Source: Bigelowiella natans CCMP2755 (Eukaryota; Protista; Cercozoa). Taken from it: DNA of 64,000 nucleotides. The position numbers were made by a program, and so were the translations under genes. Below are positions 1-13,611 of this stretch, one piece after another (the stretch's first letter is position 1; the number at the start of each line of letters is the position of its first letter). The notes beneath the pieces are model-generated. The model made no database searches and was not told the DNA's origin. It was given only the letters and a program-made list of their open reading frames with translations. Location of the stretch: NCBI GenBank assembly GCA_000320545.1, contig ADNK01002688.1, positions 1 through 64,000 on the forward strand, in the 5' to 3' direction.

Positions 1-474
1 ATCAGCACTTTCTGTCATCAATGATTCTCATGACAATATGCGTGAGAGGTCGTGAGCACTTACTCACATACTTTTTCTCGCGAGAACGTCAACACCCCCC
101 ATGCCCGCAAACATAGAAATTCACTTCGGATTCCCTTAATTACGGAAAATGGGGGTAATCTGGCTAGTGGCTAAAAATATAATTATTTCTATATATATAT
201 ATAATAAATTTATGGTGGATGAGGAGAATTTTTCCGGTTTTTGGTCCTCAACCATTTTGACTTTTTTATTTTTTTACGGGGGAGAAAAAAGGGGGCAGGA
301 ACCCAAAAAAAAAGTAGGGAAAGGTTTCCTTTTTCGGGGAGCTAAACACGTCTTATGTTAAATAATAAAAAAGCCCCGGTTTTTTTTGCCGGCCCCGGGG
401 GCTTACCTTTGTGCTGGTGGGGGGGGGGGGGGGGGGGGGTGCGTGAGCTATATTCTAATCGAAGTGAAAAATAG

Positions 475-1030
475 AAGCTATGTTAGACAAAACACATGTT
501 GTTATCAAAGGAAATGCTGAGACAAGGCTGCTCAGCATTAAAAGCAGGAATGATCAAGGTGGTAGTGTGTGAGTAGTATTAGAGTAGAATCATGACTTAA
601 CACATGCAAGCACACCTAGAGGTCACATTAGCAATATTTCATTTATATTCACAGTAAATAGCTTTCTATCCGCCCAGTTTCTTGTGCAGACTTCATATAT
701 TTAACAGTATTCAATGATGATGAAGTGTCATCATTCACCATGCTTTTGCTGTGATCTTCTCATCCACATCTAGGTTCCCATCCTACCAATTATTGCTCGG
801 TGTTTGCATCATGCCGAGAGGAGCTCAAGGGTAGTTATATAATATTAAGTAGCTTGTTGTATTTTCTCTTTTAGCCTACTTAAACTGTCTTGAATACACA
901 AACTCAGCCTTATTTCAAATTCTATAAGATTCTCGCTGCCGGGTGTGTGCAGGTCCTCCCTATCATGAAGCATCTTTAAAGAGCTTTCTATTCTATGCAT
1001 ACACACACACACACGCACACACACACACAC

Positions 1031-1090
<60 letters not shown>

Positions 1091-1507
1091 TTGTACAAAA
1101 ATTTCCTTTACTGTTCTCGAAACATTTCTTTAAACTAGTACTTGCCGTACCAATATGCCTGCTTCTCAAATGAATTAGGCTTTTGTACCGCTCATCGTCT
1201 TTTTCACAACTGGTTCTTCCAGTAGCAAATATAATCATGCAAGTATTGCTCAGGTAAGAATATGTTTGCGACATCAAATGATGATATTGAGTCTAGTAAA
1301 AATGATTGTTCAATTGCAGTAATGATAGCGTTTGATTGTTGTGCTGTCAGATTGTCTTGTCCACATACTTAATCGGGAAGTTTTTCGCCGTTTTTAATGT
1401 AATTTTAAACAAAATCTGCAGCGTTAAGAATAACTCACAATTGCATTTGAAATGCAGCAGCACTTTGCAATTGAGTGTTCGTATGATGTACATTTTATAA
1501 CATGTGC

Positions 1508-1539
<32 letters not shown>

Positions 1540-1624
1540 GTGTGTGTTTGCATACTCAGATTTTTATGAGCGTTGGTCTTGTGGACTATGCTCGCAGGTG
1601 TTTCAGCTTTGTAATCAGAGATTC

Positions 1625-1664
<40 letters not shown>

Positions 1665-1669
1665 CCTGC

Positions 1670-1708
<39 letters not shown>

Positions 1709-2372
1709 CTTTTCATATTCACTGCAAAACGCACATGAATGTGTGCTTTTGTGTCAGCATCTCAATATCTCTTCGATGCCATAATCACGAGTCTCATTCT
1801 TATTCAGTTTCATCATTATCTACTTTGTGAATATTACAGACGTGAATTTACGCGTGTTGTTGGCGCAATGATAGATGTCACAGCTGATCTCAAAGGAGGG
1901 TAATCGGCGAGTAACTCTAATATTTTTTCACTTTCGTATTCGCTTTGTGAATATCAACATCTTGATTTATCGTATGACCATTCTCATCTTCCGTACATCC
2001 TAATAGATTTCAATCAAGTATAGGAAATATCTTTGTAGATTTCTCGTGGCCTTCAAATATCATTTCATGGTACTTAATCATACATAGCATGTTATCGTTG
2101 TTCAAACGCAAGAGAAGTTTTTATCGCAGCGAAAGCATTAATTTTTCATTTTCCTAAGGGCGTTTTGTTGTCATCAAGAATAGTTCCAATATCTGTACCC
2201 AGATCATTTTCCTGTGTTTTAATTGTTTCTATCTGCCGTAATTAATGTTGTTATTTAATGCTGACGTCTGACGTATTCGTTGCTGTGAGAAGGCATCTAC
2301 TGCGCGAGACCTTGTTGGGTACAGGGGCGCAATTCCGTCTGCGCCTTTCTATGTAGATACACACACCAGCGT

Positions 2373-2445
<73 letters not shown>

Positions 2446-2552
2446 GCCCAGTAAGTTTGTATTGGCACAATAGTGTGCGTCCACGATTGTAGGAGTTTAA
2501 AGAAATAGTGAGAGAAAAGTGCATCATCGTTTGTTGCAAAATAACATATTTA

Positions 2553-2590
<38 letters not shown>

Positions 2591-4049
2591 TTGTTGTGTT
2601 ATTTGTCCTCCTCTCTTCAGATATGTTTCCTACGTGACGGTTATCCTACTAGCCTTGGTATTTTTCCTTTGTCATTTGTTGTATCTGAATATCTTCTTAC
2701 GACACTGCCTTCTTCGCTATGTTCAATCCGAGCACAGCAAAACGTGCAATGTATTAACTTATTGATGAAAAGTAGTTATTATTGATGAAAAATAGTTATG
2801 GACAATAAACAAACTTCTACGACACTCACCAACATGGATGCGGACATTGTGGTCCCCTTCTTCCCTTTTTATTATTTAGAGCGCTTCAGTGCTTGTAGGC
2901 ACGTACTATGGGACTATGAACATAGGTCGTACGTGATGAACGTTTGATATCGATTGCCTTCACAATAAACACAAAATCAAAAGAGAGGGATTAGGAGGTT
3001 GTTTGTGGCCGTATGATAATACTATACGTAGCAGAATTTCTTTGCAAAATATTATCAAACAGTAAAAAGGAAATCGTTGATGCAGATTATGGCAGTATCT
3101 GTGTTCTCTTCTATTTCTCAAGATTTCTTTAAAATTATTCGTTGCATTCGCATGATTATTCTCTCCACCCCCAACACCTCTCAGTGGACCAATCGTTCTG
3201 TGTGATCTTTGTCGCTATTGTGGGGTAGCCGACAAAATGTTGCCACATCATCATTGCTGTGTCTGCATATGTACAAGTGTATGAGGCAGACCGTTTAAGT
3301 ATCCATCATCTATCTCGAGATCAGAGTCAGAACTCCACTTCTGTTGATATGTGAAAATAGGTTCAAATTGGGTGGAATGGTCTACTTCGGAGCTTCAGCT
3401 AACGAGCAAACAGAGGTTATAAATGCTATCGTTTACACAAGTATCTTTATTATTTACAACACAAACGATGGACTACTTGTTGCGACTATAGATAGGAATG
3501 GAAGCTGATTTTGTTGTGTTGTTTCAGTTGCAGCAGCGAGCAATCTGTAAGCTTCAATATGAACTTCGCAGCTTAAGTCATTCGACAAGTCAAAAGTCCA
3601 ATTCCGGGGTATTCTCACTTATACACCAAATATACTTCAGTAGTTTATTCATCAGATACTTTGCACTAGTTGTTTGATTTTCAAATGGAACCTTAATACC
3701 CAGGACTAACTTATGTGACAGGATTGTGATTGCTTATTATTTGAATGTTCTGCATATCTGTTTCGCGCTGATGCCTCTTATATTTACTTAACATGTGATC
3801 AATTCTCCTCAGTCGAAGAAGGATGAAATTCGGCTGAAACACGTACTCAGCTAATACACAACCACGCCATATCATTAATATTGTTATTAGTTATTACTAA
3901 TACCACTACCATCACTATTATTAGTATCATCAATGTTCTCCCTCTAATGTGATTTGTGAGATGGGAAAAGGCCCTTATGCACGGGCAGAGCCAAAGCTTG
4001 CTCTGTAGAAATTTTACCTTCATATCATTTAGATTCTAATAGATATTGA

Positions 4050-4092
<43 letters not shown>

Positions 4093-4200
4093 ACCACATC
4101 TTTATTCTGCCTTTCCTCCCCTTTTCTCTTCCAGTCTGATCATCTGATGGATTCGATAATAAAACTCTTGGAATTCGACGCAGAGCAAGTAATGAGATGA
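475..4200 (+). CDS. Hypothetical protein; many short exons, 5' end unresolved
   Basis: A regular series of AG-[short open segment]-GT/GC units on the + strand. Examples: EAMLDKTHVVIKGNAETRLLSIKSRNDQG (~475), REFTRVVGAMIDVTADLKG (~1840), FKLGGMVYFGASANEQTE (~3361), and a last exon SDHLMDSIIKLLEFDAEQVMR* (TGA 4198-4200). Several exon frames are ambiguous and I recognise no family. Confidence 0.45.
1001..1090. repeat. Compound microsatellite (CA)n-(TA)n-(TG)n, self-complementary
   Basis: Read directly. The CA tract and TG tract flank a TA tract, so the unit is an imperfect palindrome. Confidence 0.95.
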
Positions 4201-4632
4201 TGATGACACACGATGCACGGATGTGTAGCTAAACTTAACGTTTACAGTATGTAGCGAGCAAGTGCGAGCATATGCAGAACGATTCTAGACATTTCGTAAT
4301 ATGATATATAATATATATTATTACTGTGTCTATCATTACGTGCGCACGTATGAGAAAGAATCTTATGTGGTGTGTGGTTTTGAGCGAATATTTTTCTCGT
4401 TAGAACCCTATTCGTATACTTGGGTTCAAAGCAAGCTTCGAGATGTTTACATCAATCGGAGCGGTAATAATGATATTATCACTTGTTTAAAATGTAGCAA
4501 GAATTATGAACCTTATTCAATAAATACGATCTTCAAAGCAGTATTTCGATTTTTCAAACTCGTACTAGTATTCGATGAAGTCCGAAGTTGTCCGTATTTT
4601 TTGAAGATATAATCCACATACATATTAAATAT

Positions 4633-4666
<34 letters not shown>

Positions 4667-4759
4667 GAGTGAGTGAGTGTGTGTGTGTGTGTGTGTGCGT
4701 ATTAAACAGTGTGGTTGTTTCATGTACTATGTGACTGCCAGATAAAGCCATTGTGTTTA

Positions 4760-5815
4760 TCTAGGTCGCTCTTGGATCAGTTGCTTCTGCGCTTGCAGAC
4801 CGATTTTTCAACTAGTATGACGACTTACCGACTTACATGGAGACATTGCTATGAATGATCAATGTTCTATTGTTGGACAAACGATCTCCTGCTCGTGGTA
4901 GAAGTGGAGTGCACGATTTAATACGCTCATGAATTTTACGTTCCTGTACGTGTACGTGTTTGATCAGATAATACACACGTGTTATCTATTAATTCAATCC
5001 AAGCTACGTGCGTATACATGTCATCGTCCTCCGCAATTAGGAAAAAAAAGGGGGGGGGGATGACGAGCCAACTGACAAAAATAATGGAAACGCATCAGCA
5101 TGCGCCCATCGCATTGCAACAACAAAGTCCAGAGCGGCTGTCTTTGCCCACACGTGTAGAAAATCAATGGAACATCTACATGCATGCATTTCTCACACAA
5201 CATGTGTGGCTACTAGTGCGCAATTGTCGTGCTCTTCGAAGGTTTGTCATCATCGATCAAAGTGCATTCGCCCTGGCTAGCCCATTGCTGGCCGTGCATG
5301 TGCATGTGTGTGCACACACACATGCACACACATCATCATCAGATTCAACATTAGCGGTGTAGTCGCTGCGTTCGTTGCACAGCTACATGAGGATGGCACA
5401 ATTGACTGTGTTAAGCAATTTCAATTCACTAAGTACATCCGTCTCATGTTTAAGCGTCAACGCGTCTGCGCTGCAGCTACTGCTATATATATCGCAGATG
5501 CAACCAGCATCATGCATGGAAATAATGCGCCCAAGCTTTGTACAGCTACATTGGGAAAATGTGAAGCATTTAAATTACACCCGTCTCATAGAAAATACGC
5601 GAGGCTTCTAAAGTGTAGCTCAAATTTGACATGGCCAATCTCACAATGCCAATATTCTCTTCGCGCTTTATGCTCGTACCAACTCTCTATGTGAAGGATT
5701 TTGACAACTGAAGCTTGCATTGAAGTCACAGAGGGCAACTGTATGGGTGCTGATGAGGAAACAAGGATGTGATGATTTCGGGCACATGCCTTTGATAATA
5801 GAAACAGTTTTGTAT

Positions 5816-5855
<40 letters not shown>

Positions 5856-6342
5856 TATATGCTATACATACTATAAACGTGGTGTATACAGTGCTGAGTG
5901 TGGTTCGTCGTCAGCTTCTGCTATGAACCCATGCATCATCCACTTACCTTCTAGGCGCTTTGCGAAGTAAACCGCTACGGTGCCATTTTCATCATCCCAA
6001 TAGGCTTTTGTCGCCTGCTTTATTTCCTGGTTAGCTTTTTCCAATGACTGTTCTCGTATCAGTTGATTAATGTCCATATTTCCAGCGTCATTTTCATCAT
6101 CCTCCACAGAAGCTTCCGTGGTCTGATGAGTGCTCCGCCAGCCCCTTCCAGCGTCATCACCTCCCCCAGTTCTGGCTTGCAAAACACCCTGCCACAGCGA
6201 TTACACGGCACCTACCTAGCTCTGTGGTTTTCGAGCAAAAGCTCCTCAGGTTGTAGGTATGCTTTTGGATGTGAGAGTTAGAGCTGCGTGAGGAAGAAGC
6301 AGCAGCAGCAGCCACAATCCTTTCTTCCGAGCAGCTGAACAT
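4760..6342 (-). CDS. Hypothetical multi-exon protein; 3' end uncertain
   Basis: ATG at 6342 ([20 protein letters not shown]...). The ORF 5871-6182 segment TGGGDDAG...AVYFAKRLE ends at a gtaagt donor and splices in frame to GMCPKSSHPCFLISTHTVALCDF. Further AG/GT-bounded segments run to about 4760. No recognisable domain. Confidence 0.45.
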
Positions 6343-6855
6343 TCAACGTTTCCCCATTGATTGAAACTTGAACGTCACGTCTCAGAACTGTACGATTCGA
6401 TTCGTCGGTTACAACAAGCGAGCACCGTTACCGGTGTTCCGACTTGCCAAAACGTGTCTAAATTTCATCGGCACTTTTTCCTGTCGTAGAGCTGTGAGTG
6501 GATCTAGTAGGATCCAATTTCCCACACATTATTTATCACTATTCTGAACAGCTCATTTAGTAAGGAACATCATCGGGAGAAGAACTGATGGCCAGTGTTT
6601 CGGTCTTTTGGAGTGCACGTTTCAGATCCAAATAACCTACGATTTCCTGGATTTCCTGAATTCCAGTGGATTCCAACATCGCGACATGAATAATAACTGC
6701 TGTTACTTTAAATTACTACCTGTAGATTACCGGTACTAGTTACACTAGTTCCATTTATGCGGTTACATTCGAGAGGATTTCTGCCTCGTAGAAGAATGGA
6801 GATGGGTGCGCTCTAGGCACAGGCACACTTCTGGCCCTGGCCAAACCAACACGGA

Positions 6856-9800
6856 ATGGAGCGTGCCTTAGCCCTTCTCCTCTCCATAATTACATTTGCT
6901 GGAGCCAATATACCAACCGGCGCACCCACGTATCGACGATGGTTCAAGAAAAGTGGAATGTTGGGTGGAAAAGTTGCTATCCCAGGTCTATTTGTAAACG
7001 ATTTATCTGAGATAGAATTAAGAAGTGAAGCTCCCGATGGCTACCAATGCGTTCGAGATGGGTGGGCTATGGACGGAGCAGGAAATCCATGGGGTATGAT
7101 CGTTAAGTATCGAGGAGATAGCAGCAAGTGGCTTTTTGGGAAAGGAAAGTGTGGTGGTAAGATGGTCATGACAACGCTGAGTTTGGACGCGGCGACCGGG
7201 CAGGTCTCCATTCAAAAATCTTCCACGGGTTACAACTTTGCCAATGAGAACGACGCAACCTGCACGGATTCACAAAAAGCTGACAAGTGGGACAACCGGA
7301 ACTCGTATTCAGGATATGAAGTTAAAAATATACTTGCATACAAGCTTTTCGGCCCGACCTTCTCTCCCACAATCACCTATGCCCCAACGCTAACCCCGAG
7401 TACAACTGTTCCTACGAGTTCTCCTACAAAGTGCCCGTTCCCCATAGTAAGAAATATTTCTCTCCTTTTCCTCCTCACCTATTTATCCGAGAGGGTTCTC
7501 GTTTACTGCACCTAATAACTGTGCCCATTCACCACATATGCATGCCATGTTTTACATCCTCACGGATTTCACGCAAACATAGTACATACAGGACTTCTAC
7601 ATTAAAATCGAAGAAGAATATCCTTTAAAAACTCTTTTTGCAACAGGGCGGGACCTATTTACGATTCAAGGTGGACGTCACTGGGACCGGGAATTTAGAT
7701 CTTAAAAAATACACTGGGGATGATATTCATTTTCATTGTAGTATTAGAAGTGGATGCGTTGTGATTTTGAACGCCAAAATTCCAAATTATGGGAGCGAAG
7801 TTAGATGGTATATTCCTAGTGAGTACTGCAGCGGCGGGTCATTTCAGAAGACATGGCCTCTTTGGTTTATAGTTGACAGCTCAAAGGTTCGAATCTACAA
7901 CTCTGAATCCGGTGTACACTACAAAGACTGGAGTTTCAGATCTTCGTTTACCACCGCGGATCCCATTAGTCTCCCATTTATGCCTCAATCGTGGACATAC
8001 CAAATAAAATCGACTGGAGGCTACACCATTTCTTCAAGGTCACCGGTCACACTAGCCCCAACCTCATCTCCTTTTACAGGTGTACCCTCATCGAGTCCGA
8101 CTACATTATCTCCCATAACAAATTCCCCCTCCACTTCTCCGTCTACGGGATCTCCTTCCACTAAGGCACCCTCAAACTCACCCACATCAATCTCACCAAC
8201 AAGTTGTGCGCCAACTACCTTGAGTCCGACTACTCTTTCTCCTTCCACACTTTCGCCTTCAACGCTAAGCCCAACAACGGCTATGCCTTCACTTTCACCC
8301 AGTACGATGTCACCGAGTACATGCTTGCCGAGCACATCCCCATCCACAGTCTGCCCAACAAAAGCACCAACGACCCTATCCCCTGTCACGATCACGCCAA
8401 CTATCACCGAGCCGGTACGTATTTTCTATGTTACTTTTGGGATTCAATTATCGCGCTTCTTCAACAAGCAAATTTACATACCTACACAATCTAAGCACCA
8501 CACACTTCATACTTTCTTTAAGATGAATGTCGATGATATCTTCATTTTACGGATCATTACAGGAGACTCTTTGGGCCCGCCTATCAGACTCAATGACAGG
8601 GGTTGTAATAAAATTCCAAAAGCCTACATCAACCCCAGCGCTAACATGCGAGGAGTTTCTGCTTCCGGAGTCGTTTGTTTTATTCGGAAAAGATCCCACA
8701 TGTATTTGGGATGATGATAGAGACAAGCTCATTGTGTACTTAGACTCAGGTTTTACGATGCGAATTGGAGATGCAGTACAGCTTAAAAGCAATGTAGTCA
8801 TGGATTCTATGCTGCTTAGATATAATACAATGCAATACCAACGCATAGAACCCCCTCTTAACCAGCCACCAATCAGAGCTATTTTGACAGGTAGAAGTAC
8901 GACAACTAAACTTAAAAGTAAAGGGGAAATAGATACTGGCCCATGCAATCAATGATCTTCCGCTAAGTTGAAATGTAACTTATTAGGACCAGAGAGCCTG
9001 GGAACATGCGATTCTGCTACGATAGATGCAACAGCGAGTATGGGTGCATATGGTCGGCAATTCACATTCGAATGGAGTTATCAGGGCAGCTCTCTTAACA
9101 TGCTAAAAATGCTTTCAACCCTTAAATCTGGAAGCTTTAAACTTTTGCCAGTGAACCTTACTACCGGAGAGCACACATTTTCGGTGAAGGTGAAGAACTG
9201 GGTTGGCGGTGTCAGTGTTACTAATATTACAGTTAGGAAGAACTCATTCCGGGTGCCTACAATACGCCTTCCTTGCCCAACAACCATCCAAGTTTGGCCG
9301 TCAGAAGAGCTTGTAATTCGCGCTGAAGTTGATCCTCTGTGCGGGGGCCAAGGAAGCGTTATTAAAACAAAGTTGCGTTGGTCGCAGCTAGCACCCACGT
9401 CACCATATATTCCCCCATCCTTACTTAAGTACCAGGGTGCGCTCACGCCGTATTCAAAAATTGAGATTCCAAATCCAAAGACATTATATCTATTCATAGC
9501 GAAACATTCCTTCAAAATGGGGCGGAGTTATGCATTACAGCTGAGAGCTACTTTCATTCAACAAGGGGTTAGTTTATAAACTCACTTAATTTTAATGCTG
9601 ATGTAAAGAGTGTGTGTGTGTGTGTGTGTTTTAGTTTATATTCGTTCATGAAACATTTCCAAAATCTACTTACATTTCCCTCTGAGAGAACATATATCAA
9701 TATGATTTAGGTGTTTATTGGTGAAGCAAACAGGACTATCATTATCCACTCTAAGACGCTTCCAGTCTTCGCTTACATTCATGGGGGGTTAAGCCGCGAC

Positions 9801-11568
9801 GTGTACATAGATGATATATCCTTCAATAGTAATTTTGTATATTTGAACGCCTCGGAGTCACGTGATGAAGGTGGCAAAGAGTCGCTGCGTTTTGCTTGGA
9901 GTGTAGCGTATGCAAGCAACGGAAGCTTAGTGAATGGACTGCTGCCTACACAAAATATGAGTGTGCTGCCTCTTCCAGCTTCGACTCTTGTACCTGGACA
10001 TTCATATATAATAAGGTGGTAGAACATACTCACAGGGGCACGCGTATTTACAAACACAGACACATATGATGTCCTCTGTGTGTGCAAGTGCGGTATTCAT
10101 AAGTCAAGAAATAATATATTGAAAACATACGGAATCTGCCCTTAACTCCAAGCTACAAATCCTAAAATTATATCAGGCTGAACGTGACAACAAGTGACAC
10201 AGGAAGGACTGCGACAACCATGCAGACCCTCGGGATAAAACGTATCGAAATTCCGCAAATAGAGGCTTCAGTGTTTCAAGGTGTTTGTTCCGACAATCTC
10301 ATATTGGACGTGTAATCAGATGTATCAGTCAATTGTTGTCCTTGTCAAGAGTTTGTAATAAGTACGCCTGAGAAAAAAAAAACCAAGTCGATCACATTTA
10401 ATCACCTTAACTATGTCAAATAACAATCGGCCCTTCTTCCCTAACACCTACTTTGAGCTGAAATCTAGATCAATTGACAGGAAACTCTCGAGTAGCCCGA
10501 AATACGTTCCAGAGAATAAAGTTCAATAGCGAAGAAGAAATCACCTTTGTCGCAAAAATTAAAGATCCTTCACGTGTGTCCTCCATCTTATGGAATTGCA
10601 CGTCACATATTACAGCACCACTGTTCTCCAGTGAAAATGTTTTGACAAGCCGAACAAATCCTGTCCTTACGTTTAGTTCTAATGTATTCACTCCAGGCGA
10701 AAGGTGAGTTGTTATGATTAGTCCTTGAAAATTGCTCGATACGCACGAATAACGCCTCTTCCGACTGTCGCTTATACCGTTGGAATCAACCTGAACTTGT
10801 TGAAACGGTAGGTATACCTTTGAAGTGACCGCAATCCATGCAGTCTCTCGTGGGTTGGGTAGAGCAAGCGTTGAGGTATTAATTCATATTTATTACATAT
10901 AAGTACACGTATACATCATAAGCTCCCCTAAATGCACCTGAATCATAGCCTGTTTTGATGCATTCACACGATATCCAATGCGGTGACAATATGTGAGATT
11001 CGAAAATTGGAAAGTCGGCAATTGCCTCAAAGGAATGAAGGAGAAGACGAGCTTTCATCAATCATCACACAAAGGATAATCGATACGAGGGTCAGAGGAG
11101 AGAGAAGTGATTTTCAATGTAAACCAGGTGCAAATGAACTTGCCTCCAGCAATGGGGTCTTGCAATGTGGAACCCGCACGTGGACTCAGCATGAAAACCG
11201 AATTTCGGTTGAGTTGCAATGGCTGGGTGGATGATGATATGCCTCTTAGGTTTGATCAGCGAATAATAGAGCCATTTCAATATTTTCCAGTTTTACTTTC
11301 ATTATTCTATCGATTCTTCACGGCGACCTTTAGATGTATACTTGACACTAGTGAGCACGACATCACAAAAATGACACACACACACACACACACACGCACG
11401 CACACACACACACACACACACGCACACACGCACACACGCACACACGCACACACACACACACACACGCGCGCGCACGCACACACACATACTTGCTTATCAA
11501 TATGCTCATTCTGTAACTTATTTATGAATACGTATCATGCTTATACTTTAGCTTTCTAGTTCGATTTA

Positions 11569-11606
<38 letters not shown>

Positions 11607-13575
11607 CAGATATTCTTTCCGGTATGCCGAGCCAAGCTGGTTTCCTTTTCGCCTTTGCCACTTCCAGTACCTTCCTTACATTCTTACTCATCTTTACACT
11701 GAGGAGACTTCATCTGTGAAGCTGACTGGTTCCATCTCAGACGCCCTCGGGGTTGAAACTAGTGTTAGCATGAGCACGTTCGTAGAGAGCCGCCCCCTCA
11801 ACGTAACTAGGATGTTATTCCTGATGGACAAATCTTTGAATGAGACTCGTTTCGAGAGGTTTCGTCAGTATATACATGCGGCTGCTATGGAAATGCGGCG
11901 CAGCCATCACAGTTGGATTGATTCAGGGCTGGCAAATAACACAAGATCCCGATTACTGTCTATGGTGGAGAGATTTATGGTGTTTCAGGAAAAAGCCAAT
12001 GCCAGCTACGAAGATCGTATCCAGACTCCGTACACTCTCCTAGCGGAAGTCTCTTATTCTCAGAGTGGTAGAAAAGCAATAGATCCCGAAGCTCTGCCTA
12101 CAATGCTTAAAATGATCAAGACCGTCCTAAGTCCTGAAAAACCAGAGATGCGAGTAAAAACTGTTTTACCAGTAGTATCGACACTGGGGGACATTGCTAC
12201 CTTCATAGCCTCGGATAAAAAACTATCAAACCAGGAAAGAAAGGTTGCCTCTGCAGAGATAGAATCCTTGCTTTTGAAGGCCTCAGAAGTCATCGAAGAT
12301 GATCTCGTTGTAGACGGTAGCTCACGGGAGGTATACACACCCCAACTCTCTCTTTTGGCAAAGGTGACTTCGCCTCAACGAATCGCTGGATCTAAGATAT
12401 ACTCAAAGAGAGAAAATAACTCTTTTTACATAACCATTCCGAAGTCATTTCCGAATTCTCTCTTAGATCTTACAACACCTGTGTCCTTGGTAACGTTCCA
12501 TTCCAGAAGTAACACATACCCCTCGTTTTTTGCTGAAAATACGAGTATTGCAATGTCTCTCCTAGCTCCAATCTCTTCCACATTTGGGGTTAAGATCCTC
12601 CAACAAAAAAAGAGCGTTGTTATTTCGAATCTTTCAACGCCAATCGAGTTAGAAGTGCCTGAACCACTTGCTAGTGCAGGCCTTCGATCTTCCAATCCTA
12701 ATACAACCCGTTGTTTTTTCTTCAACACGTCGTTGGGAAGCTGGTCAACATCGGGTGTGGATTTCGCCGCAATGACGTCATCCAGCGTCAAGTGCAACCT
12801 CTTCCACCTGACGACGTTTGCTGTTAGGATCAACACTATTCAAGAGGGTGACGTTAAGGCCGAAGCTTTTTCCTATGAGAACCCAATGACGTTGCTTCTG
12901 TTTATTATCATTGCTCTTTTCGTTTTATCCTTCCCAATTACTTGGGCATACGACAAAAAAGTGGCTAGAAGTAGTGGCCAGGAATCATCTCATGATTTCT
13001 GGAGAATGCAAAATGGAATCACTTATAAGATGACAATGGAATCTAGATCATGGGAGAACTTCTGGACGTCACAGATATGGGCTGTCAGGTGTCAAACTGT
13101 CATGCTTTTCAAAATTACCAGCTATATGTAGTACTTCTTCTTGATCGTGTTACTGGTAAAAACACTGACTTGTTTAAATTATGCATATCTACAGGCGAAG
13201 ACATCCTTGGATTTCGATATGCTTTCGCCATGCAGGGGACTACATGGACTCGAGAAAGCGATTATTGACACTGGCACTCATTATTTTCAATGGGATGGCA
13301 ACGAACGCTTTATTGATTGGCCAAGATCAAAAACTCTTCTATCTGTCTACATACGTCTCGTGTGCACTGGTTACAATGCTCATCAGTTTTCCTGTACCTT
13401 ACATCTTCTTCAATTTTGTTCTCCGTGGCCCTCCAATGCAATATCGCATTTCACTCAAGCAGTCAAAAATTGCTGAGTGGGTTCAATGGGCTATACTGAT
13501 CGTTTCCTTGATAATTGGGGTGAGGAGTGACAAATTAACATTCCATATGTTGCCTGACATGTTTGTGTGTAAAGA

Positions 13576-13611
<36 letters not shown>

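Noticed and set aside
149-440. 70-aa ORF and long G run (possible G-quadruplex or telomere-like end)
   Set aside because: The segment is dominated by homopolymers and ends in a ~20-nt G run, which looks like low-quality sequence. There is no telomeric repeat unit and no recognisable protein.
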